Part shown: positions 1 through 11,950 of the stretch, piece by piece | Layout of the letters: every line of letters starts with the position of its first letter | Position numbering within the stretch: the first letter of the stretch is position 1 | NCBI GenBank assembly: GCA_030265395.1 | Contig: JARFYF010000001.1 | Coordinates: 38,042,232 to 38,106,231 of the forward strand | Direction: 5' to 3' | DNA length: 64,000 bases | From: Rhina ancylostomus | Taxonomy: Eukaryota | The notes under the pieces: generated by a model | The model's input: the letters and a program-made list of their open reading frames with translations, nothing else | What the model was told of the DNA's origin: nothing | Databases searched by the model: none | Program-made: the position numbers and the translations under genes

Positions 1-112
1 CCGAAATGTTGACCACCTGCTTTTCTCCCTGGATGCTGCGCAGCCTGCTAAGTTCCTCCAGCATCATTGTATTTTTCATCTAGATTCCTGCATCTGCAGT
101 CTTTTGTTTCTC
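1..112 (+). mobile_element. Terminal arm of a Penelope-like element, truncated by the window edge
   Basis: ccgaaatgttgac...gatgctgc...ctgctaagttcctccagca...gcatctgcag is the same arm as at 10942-11040 and 12040-12161. Confidence 0.7.
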
Positions 113-119
113 CAAAGGT

Positions 120-530
120 CCATCTGTTCATCAACATACCTCAGTGTCCTGCCATTTACTCTACACTTATTTGACTTCACAAAACATATCACCTTGCATT
201 ATTGGTATTAAATTTCATTTGTCAATGCTCCACCCAACTTCCCATCTGATCTATAGTTTGTATAGCCTTAGACATCCTTCCTCACTATCCACACCACCAC
301 CAATTTTCACGTTATTCACAAACACACTCACCAGTCCTTCTAATTTCACATCCAAGATGTCAATATATATCACAAACAACAAGGACCCCAACAGCACATG
401 CTATGGTACACCACTGGTCACAGACTTTCAATCAGAAAAGCATCCTTCCATGACTAAGCTCTTCCTCCTATCACCAATTTTGGATCCAGTTAGCCAGCTC
501 AGATCCCATGCGGACCTACCACCATCAACC
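120..530 (-). mobile_element. Decayed CR1-type LINE RT fragment
   Basis: Its reverse complement resembles the other RT-like copies, e.g. 9320-9760 (vtsGVPxGxVLGPllF / FADD-like segments). Confidence 0.7.
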
Positions 531-769
531 TTAGGAGAGTCCAGGCCAAAAAAGGGATTTGAACATACAGCTTCAGTCAGGATTTTTGAACTACCCAGAG
601 CAGTTTACAGCCTGTATTTCCACAATGACAACACTTCAGTTGTTCTACTAATTTAGTCAATACTATACAAGGTCTCAAAACAGCACAGAAACCGGTCCTT
701 CTGCCCAACTAGTCCATACTGACCACTGTACTTATCTGTAGCAGTTCCATCTCACAAACAACAGTGACA

Positions 770-1165
770 ATCTATAAGCGACATTGCTTCTGGAATAAAT
801 ATTGGCCAAGACAGCAGACAACCTCAATGCCTCATATGAATAGAAACAAGCTCACACCACAAGTCTCTTTGTACCTGCACCACCACTGAACAAGATCAGT
901 TCCGGACTCCTACCTCAATATTTCCTTCTCCTATATTACCCTGCAATTCCATTCTCTTAGTATCCATCAATTTACCAACCAACGCCTATTAGAGAGGGCA
1001 GCTGCTAAATCTCAACTGCAAAACAGCAAGCCTGACAGTGGAATACTCCCCCAGTTTTGAGCAGGAGGGTCAACCTAGATTATGTGCTCAAGCCTCTGGA
1101 AAGGGATTTGTCTTGAACTTTTTGACTCACTGATAAAAAATGGTCTTACCAACTAATCTATGGCA
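770..1165 (-). mobile_element. Deu-domain SINE-like remnant (SacSINE1/AmnSINE-related), possibly interrupted by a short insert at about 895-990
   Basis: Reverse-complement similarity to the copy at 47838-48200 (aatattggcca, gtgctcaag, tttgactca motifs). Confidence 0.5.
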
Positions 1166-1749
1166 GTAAACGAATTAGTTGCTGACAACAGACTGTCTAA
1201 ACCAGTTTATGTATTCAACACAAATGATTTTACTACTGGCCTTCAGTCCTGAGGATCCCTGAGAGACAATAATGGTAACAATGTCTGAGGGTTTTGAGGC
1301 AACATCATTCAAGGTCAGTGTCAGATTTAGCTAACACCTTAAAGTCTGCTGACCCAGTGCTCAGTGGACACACGGATCCATGGCTGAAACCTATCTTTAG
1401 GATTTAATTACCCAATCTGACAACAGCCTGAAACTGCTAAACAGCAAAGCTAATGTTTCATACATAACTCGGTCCACAACTTCTGATAGTTTGAGCTTGT
1501 TCTTGTTTCACCAATCACAGAAGGCCATTTGGACCATTGAATCCATGTTGGCTCCAAGAAAGAGCATGCCAGATAGTCTCATGTTCTAGCTCTGCAATTT
1601 TTTTTGTTTCAATTATTGACCCAGATCTCTTCTATATGCAATAATTAAATCTGCCTCTTGTACTCACCTTGGCATTGCATCTTGGATCCTTAGCACTTGT
1701 TTTTTAGGAAAGGTCCAAAAGGAACATAAAGAAAACCTTTCATCAAACA

Positions 1750-2520
1750 ACATAATAGAACGTAGACTAGTCCAGCACAAGAACAGGCCCTTTGACCCAC
1801 TGTGTCTGTGTTGACCATGATGCCGATCTAAACTAGTCCCATCTGCCTGCACGTGGTCTACACCACCCCATTCCCTGCTTGTTCATGTGTTTGTCTAAAT
1901 GCATCTTAAAAAAAGCACATGAATCATATCTGCTTCCACCACCTGCCTTGGCAGCACGTTCCAGGCACCTACCATCCTCTGTGTAAAAAAAAAACTTGCC
2001 TGGCAAATCTCCTTTAAACTTTCCCCCTCTCATCTTACACCTACGCCCACTAGTCTTTGACATTTCCACCCTAGGGAAAAATAAAATCTCTATCTACCTG
2101 ACCTATGCCTCTCATAATTTTATATACTTGTAGCAGGATGCCTGTCAGTCTCTGATGCTTCAGCAAAAACAATCTAAGTTTGTCCATCCTCTCCTTATAG
2201 CCATTAATCTCTAATCCAGACAATGTCTCCATGGATCCCACGTGTCTTAATCTTCTGGATCAGCCTACCACGAAGGACCTTGTCGAATGCTTAGTAAGGT
2301 CTGTGTAGACAATATCCATTGCCCTACTCTCAATCACCTTTGTGACCTCCTCAAACAAAAAAAATTAAGTCTGTAAGACATGACCTCCCCAGTATAAAGC
2401 CATAATTGACTATCTCTAATGCCAATGCTTTTCCAGATGTGAGTAAATCCTATCCCTAAAAATCTTCTCCAAAAAGTTCCCTACCTCTGACTCAAGGCTC
2501 ACTGGCCTACAATTTCCTGG
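1750..2520 (-). mobile_element. CR1-type LINE 3' portion with internal deletions
   Basis: Contains the 3' stem motif aggccctttgaccc and a tagaa-type tail. The minus frame gives C-terminal KMRGGKFKGDLPGKFF. It resumes at 3315 after a nested insertion. Confidence 0.8.
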
Positions 2521-3314
2521 TGACACAAGAGAATGCAGACACTGGAATCTGGAGCAACACACAAAACACTGGAGGAACTCAGCAGGTTGGGCAGCATCAT
2601 CTTCTGCCTGGGCAGCCTGCAACCTGGCAGTGTGAACACTGAATTCTCCAAATTCTAGTAACTGCTCTCCTTCTGTCCCTTTTCTCTCCCCTCCTGATCT
2701 ACCTGGCCTCCATCACCATGTCTCTTTCCCGTCCTCCACCTACTTCTGCTGGCTCCCATCANNNNNNNNNNNNNNNNNNNNNNNNNNNNNNNNNNNNNNN
2801 NNNNNNNNNNNNNNNNNNNNNNNNNNNNNNNNNNNNNNNNNNNNNNNNNNNNNNNNNNNNNCCCTTTTCTCTCCCCTCCTGATCTACCTGGCCTCCATCA
2901 CCATTTCTCTTTCCCGTCCTCCACCTACTTCTGCTGGCTCCCATCACCACTACTCCCATCAGCCTTCCCCACCTCCCTCGATTCCATGTGCTACCTTCCT
3001 CTCCCTTCAGTTTCCATCATCTTCAGCCCTTTGTCACTTCTAACTAGCACCTCTCAGCTTCTGGTGCCATTCCCACTCTTCCCTCCTCATCTGCCTGTCA
3101 ACCCTTCCCCACCCCCACCAACCTGGATCCAGCTATCACCTGCCAGCTCTTATTCCACCCCTTCCCTTCATATTTTTTTATTTTTATCCCAGCTACCTCT
3201 CCTCTATTTTTCAGTCCAGGTGAAGGGTCTGGACCCAAAACTCCCATAAGTCTATTTCCCTCCATGGATGCTGCCCGATCTACTGAGTTCGTCCAGTGTT
3301 CTATGTGTGCTATG
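2521..3314 (+). mobile_element. Penelope-like element 3' fragment with inverted terminal arms, nested in CR1
   Basis: Inverted arm at 2522-2597, coding remnant IFCLGSLQPGSVNTEFSKF*, pyrimidine-rich UTR, degenerate hammerhead-like motif at 3211-3240, and right arm at 3267-3311. Confidence 0.75.
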
Positions 3315-3640
3315 ATTTCCTGATTTTTCCCTATTACCCTTCCCAAACAAAAGGAACACCACTCGCTATTTTCCGGTCATCTGTCAAGGATCAACAATCT
3401 CCTCTTTTGCCTCTCCCAATAACCTAGGACAAATCCCATCTGGTGCTGGGGCTTATCTACTTTATTGTTTTTCCAAGTGATATCCCTCGATATCAACATG
3501 CCCTAAAATATCAGCATACCCCTCCCTGATCTCACTGTTCCCCATGTCCTTCTCCTTGGTGAATACCGATGTAAAATAATTGGTGGGTATCTCGCCCACT
3601 TCCTCTGGCTCCAGGCATAAATTACCTCCTTTGTCCCGAC
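3315..3640 (-). mobile_element. CR1 fragment continuing 1750-2520
   Basis: Colinear with the uninterrupted copy at 12480-12815 (tccttggtgaatac, ttcctctggctccaggcataaatt). Confidence 0.75.
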
Positions 3641-3819
3641 TCTGTTAATCCTGACATCTCCTATTTCAGAGCAATCTCACTAATCAAACTACCAAAATTT
3701 AGACCTTTCAGAACTTCACATGCATTAATAGAAGTTAGCTTAATTACTGTAAATTTCTAAAATACCTTTTCAATATCAACTGTTCACAACATTAGTGCAA
3801 TAGTAACATTGTTTCCTAC

Positions 3820-3951
3820 CTCTGCTTCAATATATGGGAAGTCAGCCACCAAACGTTTACCAACTAAAGGCCACTTCCTTCCAGTCACTTTAGCCAACTT
3901 GGCCACCTCAAATGCTTTTCCCCCATAAGTAGAGGCAAGATGGCGTGCGAC
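3820..3951 (-). CDS. GPD2: GPD2 exon 12, 132 nt: VARHLASTYGGKAFEVAKLAKVTGRKWPLVGKRLVADFPYIEAE
   Basis: Translated by hand because it is absent from the ORF track. Acceptor ctttag|GTC, donor GAG|gtagga, phase 0/0. Confidence 0.96.
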
Positions 3952-5338
3952 CTAAAGAGCAAGAACATAAGTGAAATCTGTTAGAAAAGCAGAGTTATTA
4001 TTTTTCTTCTAACTGTGCTGTTTATAAAGTGCCTTCTTTCTGGAGAATGTCATGGACATAATGAGATGCAGCAGCTTTGTCAGCACCACTTAAGAAAACT
4101 GAACAGATACACCTTTTCAGAATCATTTTTGAATTGTGCGTCCCTTCATCCTCTTTGACATCTAGTTTATACTGACACTAGCCTTTAGGATGATTTACTT
4201 GATGCAGTTTGGTTGTGGAACTTCCTTCACACTGGATGTTAAATGGAATTCTTATTCTACATAAATTTTTAACGTGCGCACTGGTAACATGTGTTAGCAC
4301 AGTAGGGTTAATTTTCCTGACCTTTTCTTCCTAAGGCAGCCCATTTCCCAGGAACAAAAGTCAAGAATATAAAAGCAACAAGACAGTTGTTTTCCAGATC
4401 TCCTTTTCCTTTCACAGTGTCTCTACCGTGATGCATTCTGGTGCTTCCCTGGGGCCCACTATAGTGAAGCAAATGAGGTGGGGAGCTGCCTTGACTATCC
4501 TCCTCTACTTTTATGCAGCTTTGGCAGAGGAACACCAAGTTGCCAGGAAGCTTTATATAAGTGGGCTCTGTAATGAGAACTGCCCACACTGATTTTTTTT
4601 TTAAAAAGAGGGATTTTGAATTTACAGCTCAGGTTCAGGTCTGGTAATTATATTTTTTAAAGAATTATTTGGATGCTATTGTCCCTGTCGGTGATGTGTT
4701 TTATGCCTGCATCGAACTTTTTGATTTGAATTATCATTGGAGCTAAGAGTTGCACTGTTTTGAGAGCTCAAGAAAAAAAAATGTTTGAATAAGAAATTGT
4801 GCAAATCAGTCTCGATTTCAGCATACCGTGGATGCAAGAAGTGAGGATTATGATCAGGAGTAGTGCAACAAAGAAAGAATGAATTTGAAAAGCCAAGACA
4901 CAATTGGGAGGGACTGCCTATTAGATCGCAGATCTTTTTTTTCCCAAATGCAGTACAAAGGTTGTATCTAAATCAACCAAACTCATTGCCCCAACACACA
5001 CATAATGAGAGCCTCCTCAGCCTCATGAGCTGAATACAAATACTAGTCAGTCTTGTTCTTCTAGGAAGTGAAGATTTGTGCTAATACGTAAATATTTTGG
5101 ACACATCAGAAAACTGCTTTGAAGTAACTAAATTAATTTAAAGTTTTCATGAGCACTACAGGTTCAGGGAGATAGTGAAGCCAATATTTCTACTTAAAAG
5201 TCTGATAAGCAAACCTGAAGCCCTCAAATAAGAAGTGGCAGCATTGATAAAAGAAACATTGGCTCAACGACAGAGAGCAGAGAAGAGTGGTATATGGATG
5301 TTTTTCCAGGCAGAAGGGAAAAATCAGGAATTGCTTAC

Positions 5339-5517
5339 CTCAGTGCCCAGGCCATAGTACTGCACCAATCTGATGTGAAGAGTAGGAGACCAGTCATGGG
5401 CTCCTTCGAGGAGAAGCCCAACTGTCTTGCACGGTTTTGTTGCATGCAGGTTACAAGATTTGATAGCAGCATTTATTGCGTCCTCTGCCATTATACGGTA
5501 AGTAGTCCATTTACCGC
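5339..5517 (-). CDS. GPD2: GPD2 exon 11, 179 nt: (G)GKWTTYRIMAEDAINAAIKSCNLHATKPCKTVGLLLEGAHDWSPTLHIRLVQYYGLGTE
   Basis: Lies within ORF 5324..5530. Acceptor ttgtag|GC, donor GAG|gtaagc. Confidence 0.97.
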
Positions 5518-6223
5518 CTACAAAATACATGGCAAGGAATGAACTCCAGTTTCATAAGAGCTGCTTTGCTACTTCTCTCACCATGCAGCTACATTGTCAA
5601 GGTGCATCGCCTTTAATTTAAATTCTCTCAGGTGCTATAATTAGAAACTCATTTTCCCCACTGTAATACCCTGTTCATTCTACCCTTCATCCTTTCTCAT
5701 CTCTTCCCACTCAGCCACAAATTCTGTGATCCAATTGATTCATGGACAAACTTCCTCTAAGTTTTTCTTTCACTCAACTCCAACTTCTGAACATTTGTTC
5801 TTTTTCATTAAGAACTACATATTGTATATTATATTCACAGATCAAAATAAAATTCAAAAGGAAACCATAAATTCATACACAAAACATCTTGCATTTGCCC
5901 TAAACTGTTGAACATATTCCATCTGAAGAAGAGAAAGCAGAAGTTCTTTGTGCAATGAACAGAATAAACTAAAATGAATTAAAAACAATCAGCTATAAAT
6001 TATCTGTGCAGTTCAATAGTTAATTTTGAAAATTAGTTCAAATGACTGATATTCACTGACTTNNNNNNNNNNNNNNNNNNNNNNNNNNNNNNNNNNNNNN
6101 NNNNNNNNNNNNNNNNNNNNNNNNNNNNNNNNNNNNNNNNNNNNNNNNNNNNNNNNNNNNNNNNNNNNNNNNNNNNNNNNNNNNNNNNNNNNNNNNNNNN
6201 NNNNNNNNNNNNNNNNNNNNNNN

Positions 6224-6243
6224 GAGCACATCTCCTCTTCTTA
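6224..6243 (-). CDS. GPD2: GPD2 exon 10, only the 5' 20 nt are visible: (V)RRGDVL; the remainder is in the N gap 6063-6223
   Basis: Acceptor gcatag|TA AGA AGA GGA GAT GTG CTC matches the conserved VRRGDVL and the phase-1 junction with exon 9. Confidence 0.9.
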
Positions 6244-7479
6244 CTATGCAAAGCAACAGATCCGTGACCGAAGGTTACTTTAAAATCTCCATATTGTCAG
6301 CTATCAAGGTATTCCAGCAATGCAGCTATTAGAATATTTAAAGAATGCAGACTGAACCAGCTTATACTTGACTATCATGGTTTAGAATATCAAGTATTTC
6401 TAAACAGTTTGACTTTGAAACTACAAATATTTCTAATGCAGGTCAGGGTCCTTCTATTTACTGGATTCCTCATATACCAGTAATGATTTGGTGCTATTGA
6501 GAGGGTGGTGTTGGGAATGGAACATCTTGTCGTTTCCACCATCCTTGTCTCCATATTCCAATGTATGCTTAGTGCATCCAATAATATCAGAACACTTGAT
6601 TTCCAAAAATCAATTGTCACCGATTTCCGTTCAATTTTTGACACTTCCCTGATCTTCTTGGTGAGTTGTCAGCCAATGCCAGTGGCTCTCCAGCCTCTCA
6701 TTTCCTGGTTTGAATCCATCATCCATTTTGGATGAGCAGATAAGGAATATAACTAATTTACAGGTGACACAATCCATATAGGATCATGGTAAGGTGAGAA
6801 AGCAGTGCTAATGTCTACTGCATAGACACCTGTGCACACATCCATCAGTCCGTACTGCTCTCACTGTGAAGGTGATGGCCATTATTAAGGTACTATGTAA
6901 TTTTAGGAAGTGACAATGAATCTCTGTAAAGATCAGCCAGGGTGCAGTACTGGCATGAAAACTGTAACCATCTGGTTTAGTAGTTATGGTACCAGATCAT
7001 AAGAGTTCAAAAGTTGTGAACTTGAATGAAATAAATCTGGCAAAATAAATTAAACACTGGAAAACCAAAGTCATTATGGGACAGAAATCTGTTCTGGGCA
7101 CTGGCAGCAACCATATCATAGTGACTTTGTGTTGCCTGTGGCTTCCAAAATTCACTTCCACAGAAATCCATGGAAATGAATTTCGGAAGCAAACACAATT
7201 CGCAGCTGCTACTAGATTGTGCATTTGGCGCGAGCTGTCAAATTTTCTTCCATCTCCATCACCAACTGTACTCTGACTTCAAGCTGGTTATGAAAGCTCA
7301 ACTGGAACATTGTGATTGTGAAATGTGTTTTCGACCCCATACCCTCTCAAGGCCCCACTCCATCAACTCACCTTTTCACCAAAACCCTTTCATTTAACCA
7401 AAGAACCATTTGTTTTAAACCAGTTTCTATTATTCCAATATTCTCTTGCCCATCCTCTTAACCCTACATAAACACAAGT

Positions 7480-7555
7480 TCATCCAAAACTCTGTAGCCA
7501 CAGATGCTGCCTGGCCTGCTGAGTTCCTCCAGCATCACAATGTTTTTCATCTGCA
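7480..7555 (+). mobile_element. Solo Penelope-type terminal arm
   Basis: agatgctgcctggcctgctgagttcctccagcatc matches the arm family. Confidence 0.7.
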
Positions 7556-7789
7556 ACCTGTGTGCTGGCCTCCACCAACCCTGTTCACCCACCACTACTG
7601 TACTTGATGTTGGTTCCTCACTTAGCAAGATCACAGTATTAAACATTTCAGTCTTGTTTTTAAATCACTTCATGACATTATCTGTGCCAACGTCTGTCAC
7701 CTCCTCTTGATCTACAAATCTCTAAGAACTGGACATTCCTTGTGTATCCTCCACTTCTTCTATTCCACTGCTGGTAATTTTCACTACAG

Positions 7790-8080
7790 TTCCAAGAATA
7801 TGGGTTTAACCCTGACCATAGGTGCTGTCCATGCAGAGCTTGCACATTGTCCACATGACCATGTAGGTTTTGGCTGGTGCTCTGGTTTCCTTCAACCTCC
7901 CAGAATAACTGGTAAGTTAACTGTCTACAGTAAAATACCTCTCTGTATAGGTGGCAAAAGAACCAAACAAATTTTGATGCGCATGTGAGAAAGAATAAGA
8001 TGCAAGGGTATGGGACCGATGGGATTGCACTGGTGGGAGGCAGAATGAACTCGATGGGCTGAATCACCTCCTTCTGTGCT
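7790..8080 (+). mobile_element. V-SINE (HE1-like) with CR1-derived tail
   Basis: V-domain-like gcttgcacattgtcc...ggtgctctggtttcc, with tail gatgggctgaatcacctccttctgtg. Confidence 0.7.
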
Positions 8081-9319
8081 ATGCATTATAGACTACCCAA
8101 GGTACTCTGATTAATACTTAACAATAATTGCAAAAAATCTGCAATATTATATTTTCCAATTCTCTATGCAAACATTTTCTTTAAAAGTAAACTCACTAAA
8201 AAGGAGTTTTTCACCCTATCATCTATCCAGAGGGACTTTACTCATTTTGCTACAGTCTGTGGAAATGATATATTTTTACAAGCTACATTAGTGATAGAAG
8301 AAAAAGGATTTTAAAGTTGGATATAAAACGTGATAGTACTGAACATGAATTTTAACATTCTAACTCTATTCTCTTGACCTACATAGGAGCAAGCAAACAT
8401 GCAGATGGATTCTGGAAGGAAATAAGGAATAGAGAAATTCAAATGGACAAAACAAAAAAAAAGCGACAAAAAATTTGAATTAAAAAAATACAGTGGGATG
8501 TCAAAGATGAAGGATTAAGTATTACAATTGCTATGGATATCCTTTAATACAAAAAAATGAAAAATTCCACAGCATATTTTATTATGTCATCAAAATTTAA
8601 ACATTTAGAATGTTTGAGCAAATTAACCAGTGCCCCAGATTTTAATGGAAAAGCTGGTAATAGAATTTCAGAAAGTGCTAGTCTTTGAGACATAATTGTA
8701 CTGCAAAGCCAGTTCAATAAGAGTCTGAAATGAAAATGCAGATTCAAAAACAAAACAAACACACAAAATAAATTAGCTTGCAATATTTCTGTAACAATAT
8801 TGTTATGGAAAATAGAAAATATAAATGATTATGCAAAACCGCTCATCAGCTGAAAAAAATGACCACACATCAATATATATCTGTCTATGTCAGTAAACTA
8901 CTTCTGCATTCCAAATCAAATTTAAAAACCTGTCATGAGCTAACAGCAGTTAGTCAATTGGATAAAACAACTTCTAAAATTAGTTGATATTTCCATTAAG
9001 CTACAGTAAAATTGTTATTTTTTAAAATTAGTAAACTTGAGGTTTTAAACAATTCTGATTTATAAACTGATTTGTTTCACACACATCACTTTTCCACTGA
9101 AATGAATTAATTCCTTGGAACACATACAACAGCCAATAGAAGTGAGCCACTCTCTTGCATTCCAGGATCAAAACTTCCAATAACCCACAAATAAAAACGA
9201 TAGCATCCAAAATACTGGACTTTCATTACCATTCATAGTATCTTAACTTTAAATACTTGGCTAAAAATCAACATCTACTAAAGCATATACAGTATAACTG
9301 GATAAGACAATTAAAGACA

Positions 9320-9760
9320 ATTTAAAAAATTGGCTTGGTGATAGGAAGCAGAGGGTGACGGTGGAAAGATGATTGGAAGTCTGTGATCAGTGATGTGCCA
9401 CAGGGACTGGTGCCGGGACCCTTGTTGTTTGTGATATTTATTAACAACTTCGATACCAATGTAGGAGGTATGATTAGCAAGTTTGTGGATGACATTAAAA
9501 TGAATGGTGTTCTGGATAGCGACAATGGTTGTCCAAGGCTCTGGAAGGCTAGGTATCAGATGGAAAATTGGGAAGAACATTGGTGGATGCCAAGTTTAAG
9601 GTGATGCATTTTGGGAAATCAGTTAGGGGTAGGACATATGATAGAGTGCTAAGGAATATAGATGAACAGAAGGATCTTGAGGTTCAAGTCCATAGTTCTT
9701 ATAAGTGGCAACACAGGTAGATCAAGTGATGAAGAAAGCATGTGGCATTCTGGCCTTCCT
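9320..9760 (+). mobile_element. CR1-type LINE RT fragment
   Basis: ORF 9383..9604 reads SDVPQGLVPGPLLFVIFINNFD...ISKFVDDIK, the decayed RT motifs GVPQGSVLGPLLF and FADD. Confidence 0.88.
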
Positions 9761-10460
9761 AGAACAATAAAACAGTATAACGGAGGACAGACCTTTTGGC
9801 CCATCATGTCTGTGCCAACCGTGATGCCAGTCTAAACTAATGCTATCTGCCTGCACATAGTCTGTATCCCTCTAATCCTTGCCTCTTCATGTGTCTGTCT
9901 AAATGCCTCTTAAATGTTGCTATTGTATCTGCTAGCATCACCTCCCATGGCAGCACATTCCAGGCACCTAACACTATGTAAAATAACCTGCCTTGCATGT
10001 CTCCTGTAAACTTTTTCCCCTCTCACCTTAAACCTATGCCCTCTAATAATTGACATTTCCACCCTGGGAAAAAAAGACTGACTACCTATCCTCTCGTAAC
10101 TTTATACACTTTTACTAGGTCACTCCTCAGGCGCCAACAATCCAGAGAAAACAATCCAAGTTAGTTCAACCTCTCCTGGTACACTGTAATCCAGACAACG
10201 TCCTGGTGAATGTCTTCTGTATCACCCTCCAAATCCTTTGCATCCTTCCTGTACTTCGAATGTGGCCTATCAAAAGTTCCATGCAGCTGCAACACAACTT
10301 CCCAACTTTTATACTCGATGCTCCCATGGATGATGGCTAGCATGCCATATGCCTTTTTTACCACCTTAAGCACTTGCGTTGCCATTTTCAGCAAGCCATG
10401 GACAGCACTGATCCTTGTGAAACACCGCTGGTCACAGATCTCCAGTCAGAAAAACAACCC
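9761..10460 (-). mobile_element. CR1-type LINE 3' portion, opposite in orientation to its neighbour
   Basis: ORF 10161..10394 reads VVKKAYGMLAIIHGSIEYKSWEVVLQLH. The 3' end is similar to 1750-2230. Confidence 0.85.
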
Positions 10461-10464
10461 TTCA

Positions 10465-11040
10465 CCACTCCACTGCCACACTGAGGCCAGACGTAGGTTG
10501 GAGGAACAACACCTCATATTCTGCCTTGGTAGTCTCCAACCTGATGGTCTCAACATCGATTGGTAACTTCTGGTAACTACTCCTCTGTTTTTCACTGTTT
10601 TTCACTCCCCTTTTGCCCCTCCATCCTCCCCCTTTGTTTTCCCTCATTTCTGTGGCACCTTCACCCCTTCTCTTTCTCCTCCCCATCCTCATGACCCGCC
10701 TGCTACCTCCCTCCCATTCCCCACCTTCTTCCCTTTATTCCATGGTCTGCTGTCCACTCCTACCAGATTCCTTCTTAGCCCTTTGCCTCTTCCATCTATC
10801 ACCTCTCAGTTTCTTGCAGCATTCCCTTTCATCCCCTTCCCTCCCCTCCCACCTTCCCCTCTCACCTGGACTCACCTATTATCTGCCAGCTTGTTCACCT
10901 CCCCCTCCCCCTATTTATTTTGGTATCTGCCCTCTTCCTTTCCAGTCCCGATGAAGGGTCTTGACCCGAAGCGTCAAGTGTTTATTTCCCTCCATAAGTG
11001 CTGCCTAAACTGCTGAGTTCCTCCAGCATTGTGTGTGTGT
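10465..11040 (+). mobile_element. Penelope-like element 3' fragment: GIY-YIG endonuclease C-terminus, UTR, hammerhead-like motif and terminal arm
   Basis: Translation CHTEARRRLEEQHLIFCLGSLQPDGLNID matches the conserved PLE GIY-YIG end (R..E...I..L.t..P.GLN). Followed by cagtcCCGATGAagggtcttgacccGAAGcgtc at 10943-10975. Confidence 0.8.
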
Positions 11041-11950
11041 TAATCTCTGTCAACAAGTGGTAACATGAATGCAATTTAATGCTATAAAGAGATCTCTGAC
11101 CTCACTAAGTAAGTACTGTTGAAATGGTCAGTGTGGTCATATGAGTTGCTTTGATTTTCTATTATTCCAGATAATTCTTGGTTTCATCTTCGAAGAAGCA
11201 TCATAACAATGCATTATACAAGAAACTTGCTTAGAATTTTAGTGCATTTACATTGTTGCGCTTTAAGTAAAAGTTGACTCCTTTTCCTGACAAGATCTCA
11301 GTTTGCTTATTATTAAAGAGGAATTGATACCAACATATTAATCACATATATTAGAGCTGTAAAATATTAAACCAATACTCTTCTGTTGATGGTGAACTTT
11401 GACCAACTGTGGGGTTTCATCAGATTTCTTCAAGACAGATGTTGATGGCAAAGTGCTTTTGGTGGATTTTGAAAGGGGCTCCTACCACATGGTCAATCTG
11501 TCCCTCACTGCCATTTTCTCTCCTGCCACTGACTTGGTATATTTACTGGCCCAAGCTGTGTTCGAAAATGATAATTGCCTCAACGCATTCCAGAGACCCA
11601 GGACTGCTTGCAATATGGACCTGTACAGAAGCAGTAAGGAGTGTGGTATAAAAGATGCTGAGAGACTGCAGTCACTCAACCTGAGCTTGAAGTATCAGAT
11701 TAAATACTACCCCATGTCTTTTGGATTTCTGGGCCATGTTAGTCCAATTCTGACANNNNNNNNNNNNNNNNNNNNNNNNNNNNNNNNNNNNNNNNNNNNN
11801 NNNNNNNNNNNNNNNNNNNNNNNNNNNNNNNNNNNNNNNNNNNNNNNNNNNNNNNGTGGCAAATGAGTCAGAGATACATGCAATTACTCAAAAAAAGGGG
11901 AAACAAACACTTAAAAAAGGCTGGCAACCACCTAGTTGAATCAAGATTTG

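Noticed and set aside
144-656. 170-aa plus-strand ORF
   Set aside because: It is the antisense reading of a decayed CR1 RT fragment, with no independent coding signal.
1655-1700. Strong minus-strand donor-like site AAG|gtgagt downstream of exon 12
   Set aside because: The upstream sequence does not translate to the expected exon 13 (VKYGIKEYACTAVD-like). It is treated as a chance or cryptic site.
6013-6062. VSE peptide after the gap resembling the ISESG part of exon 10
   Set aside because: It does not continue as SGLITIAG and is better explained as intron sequence after a gtaagt donor.
11399-11866. 155-aa ORF with protein-like composition (KTDVDGKVLLVDFERG...)
   Set aside because: It has a non-ATG start, runs into a gap, and shows no recognisable domain or exon structure. 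A nested gene is not supported.
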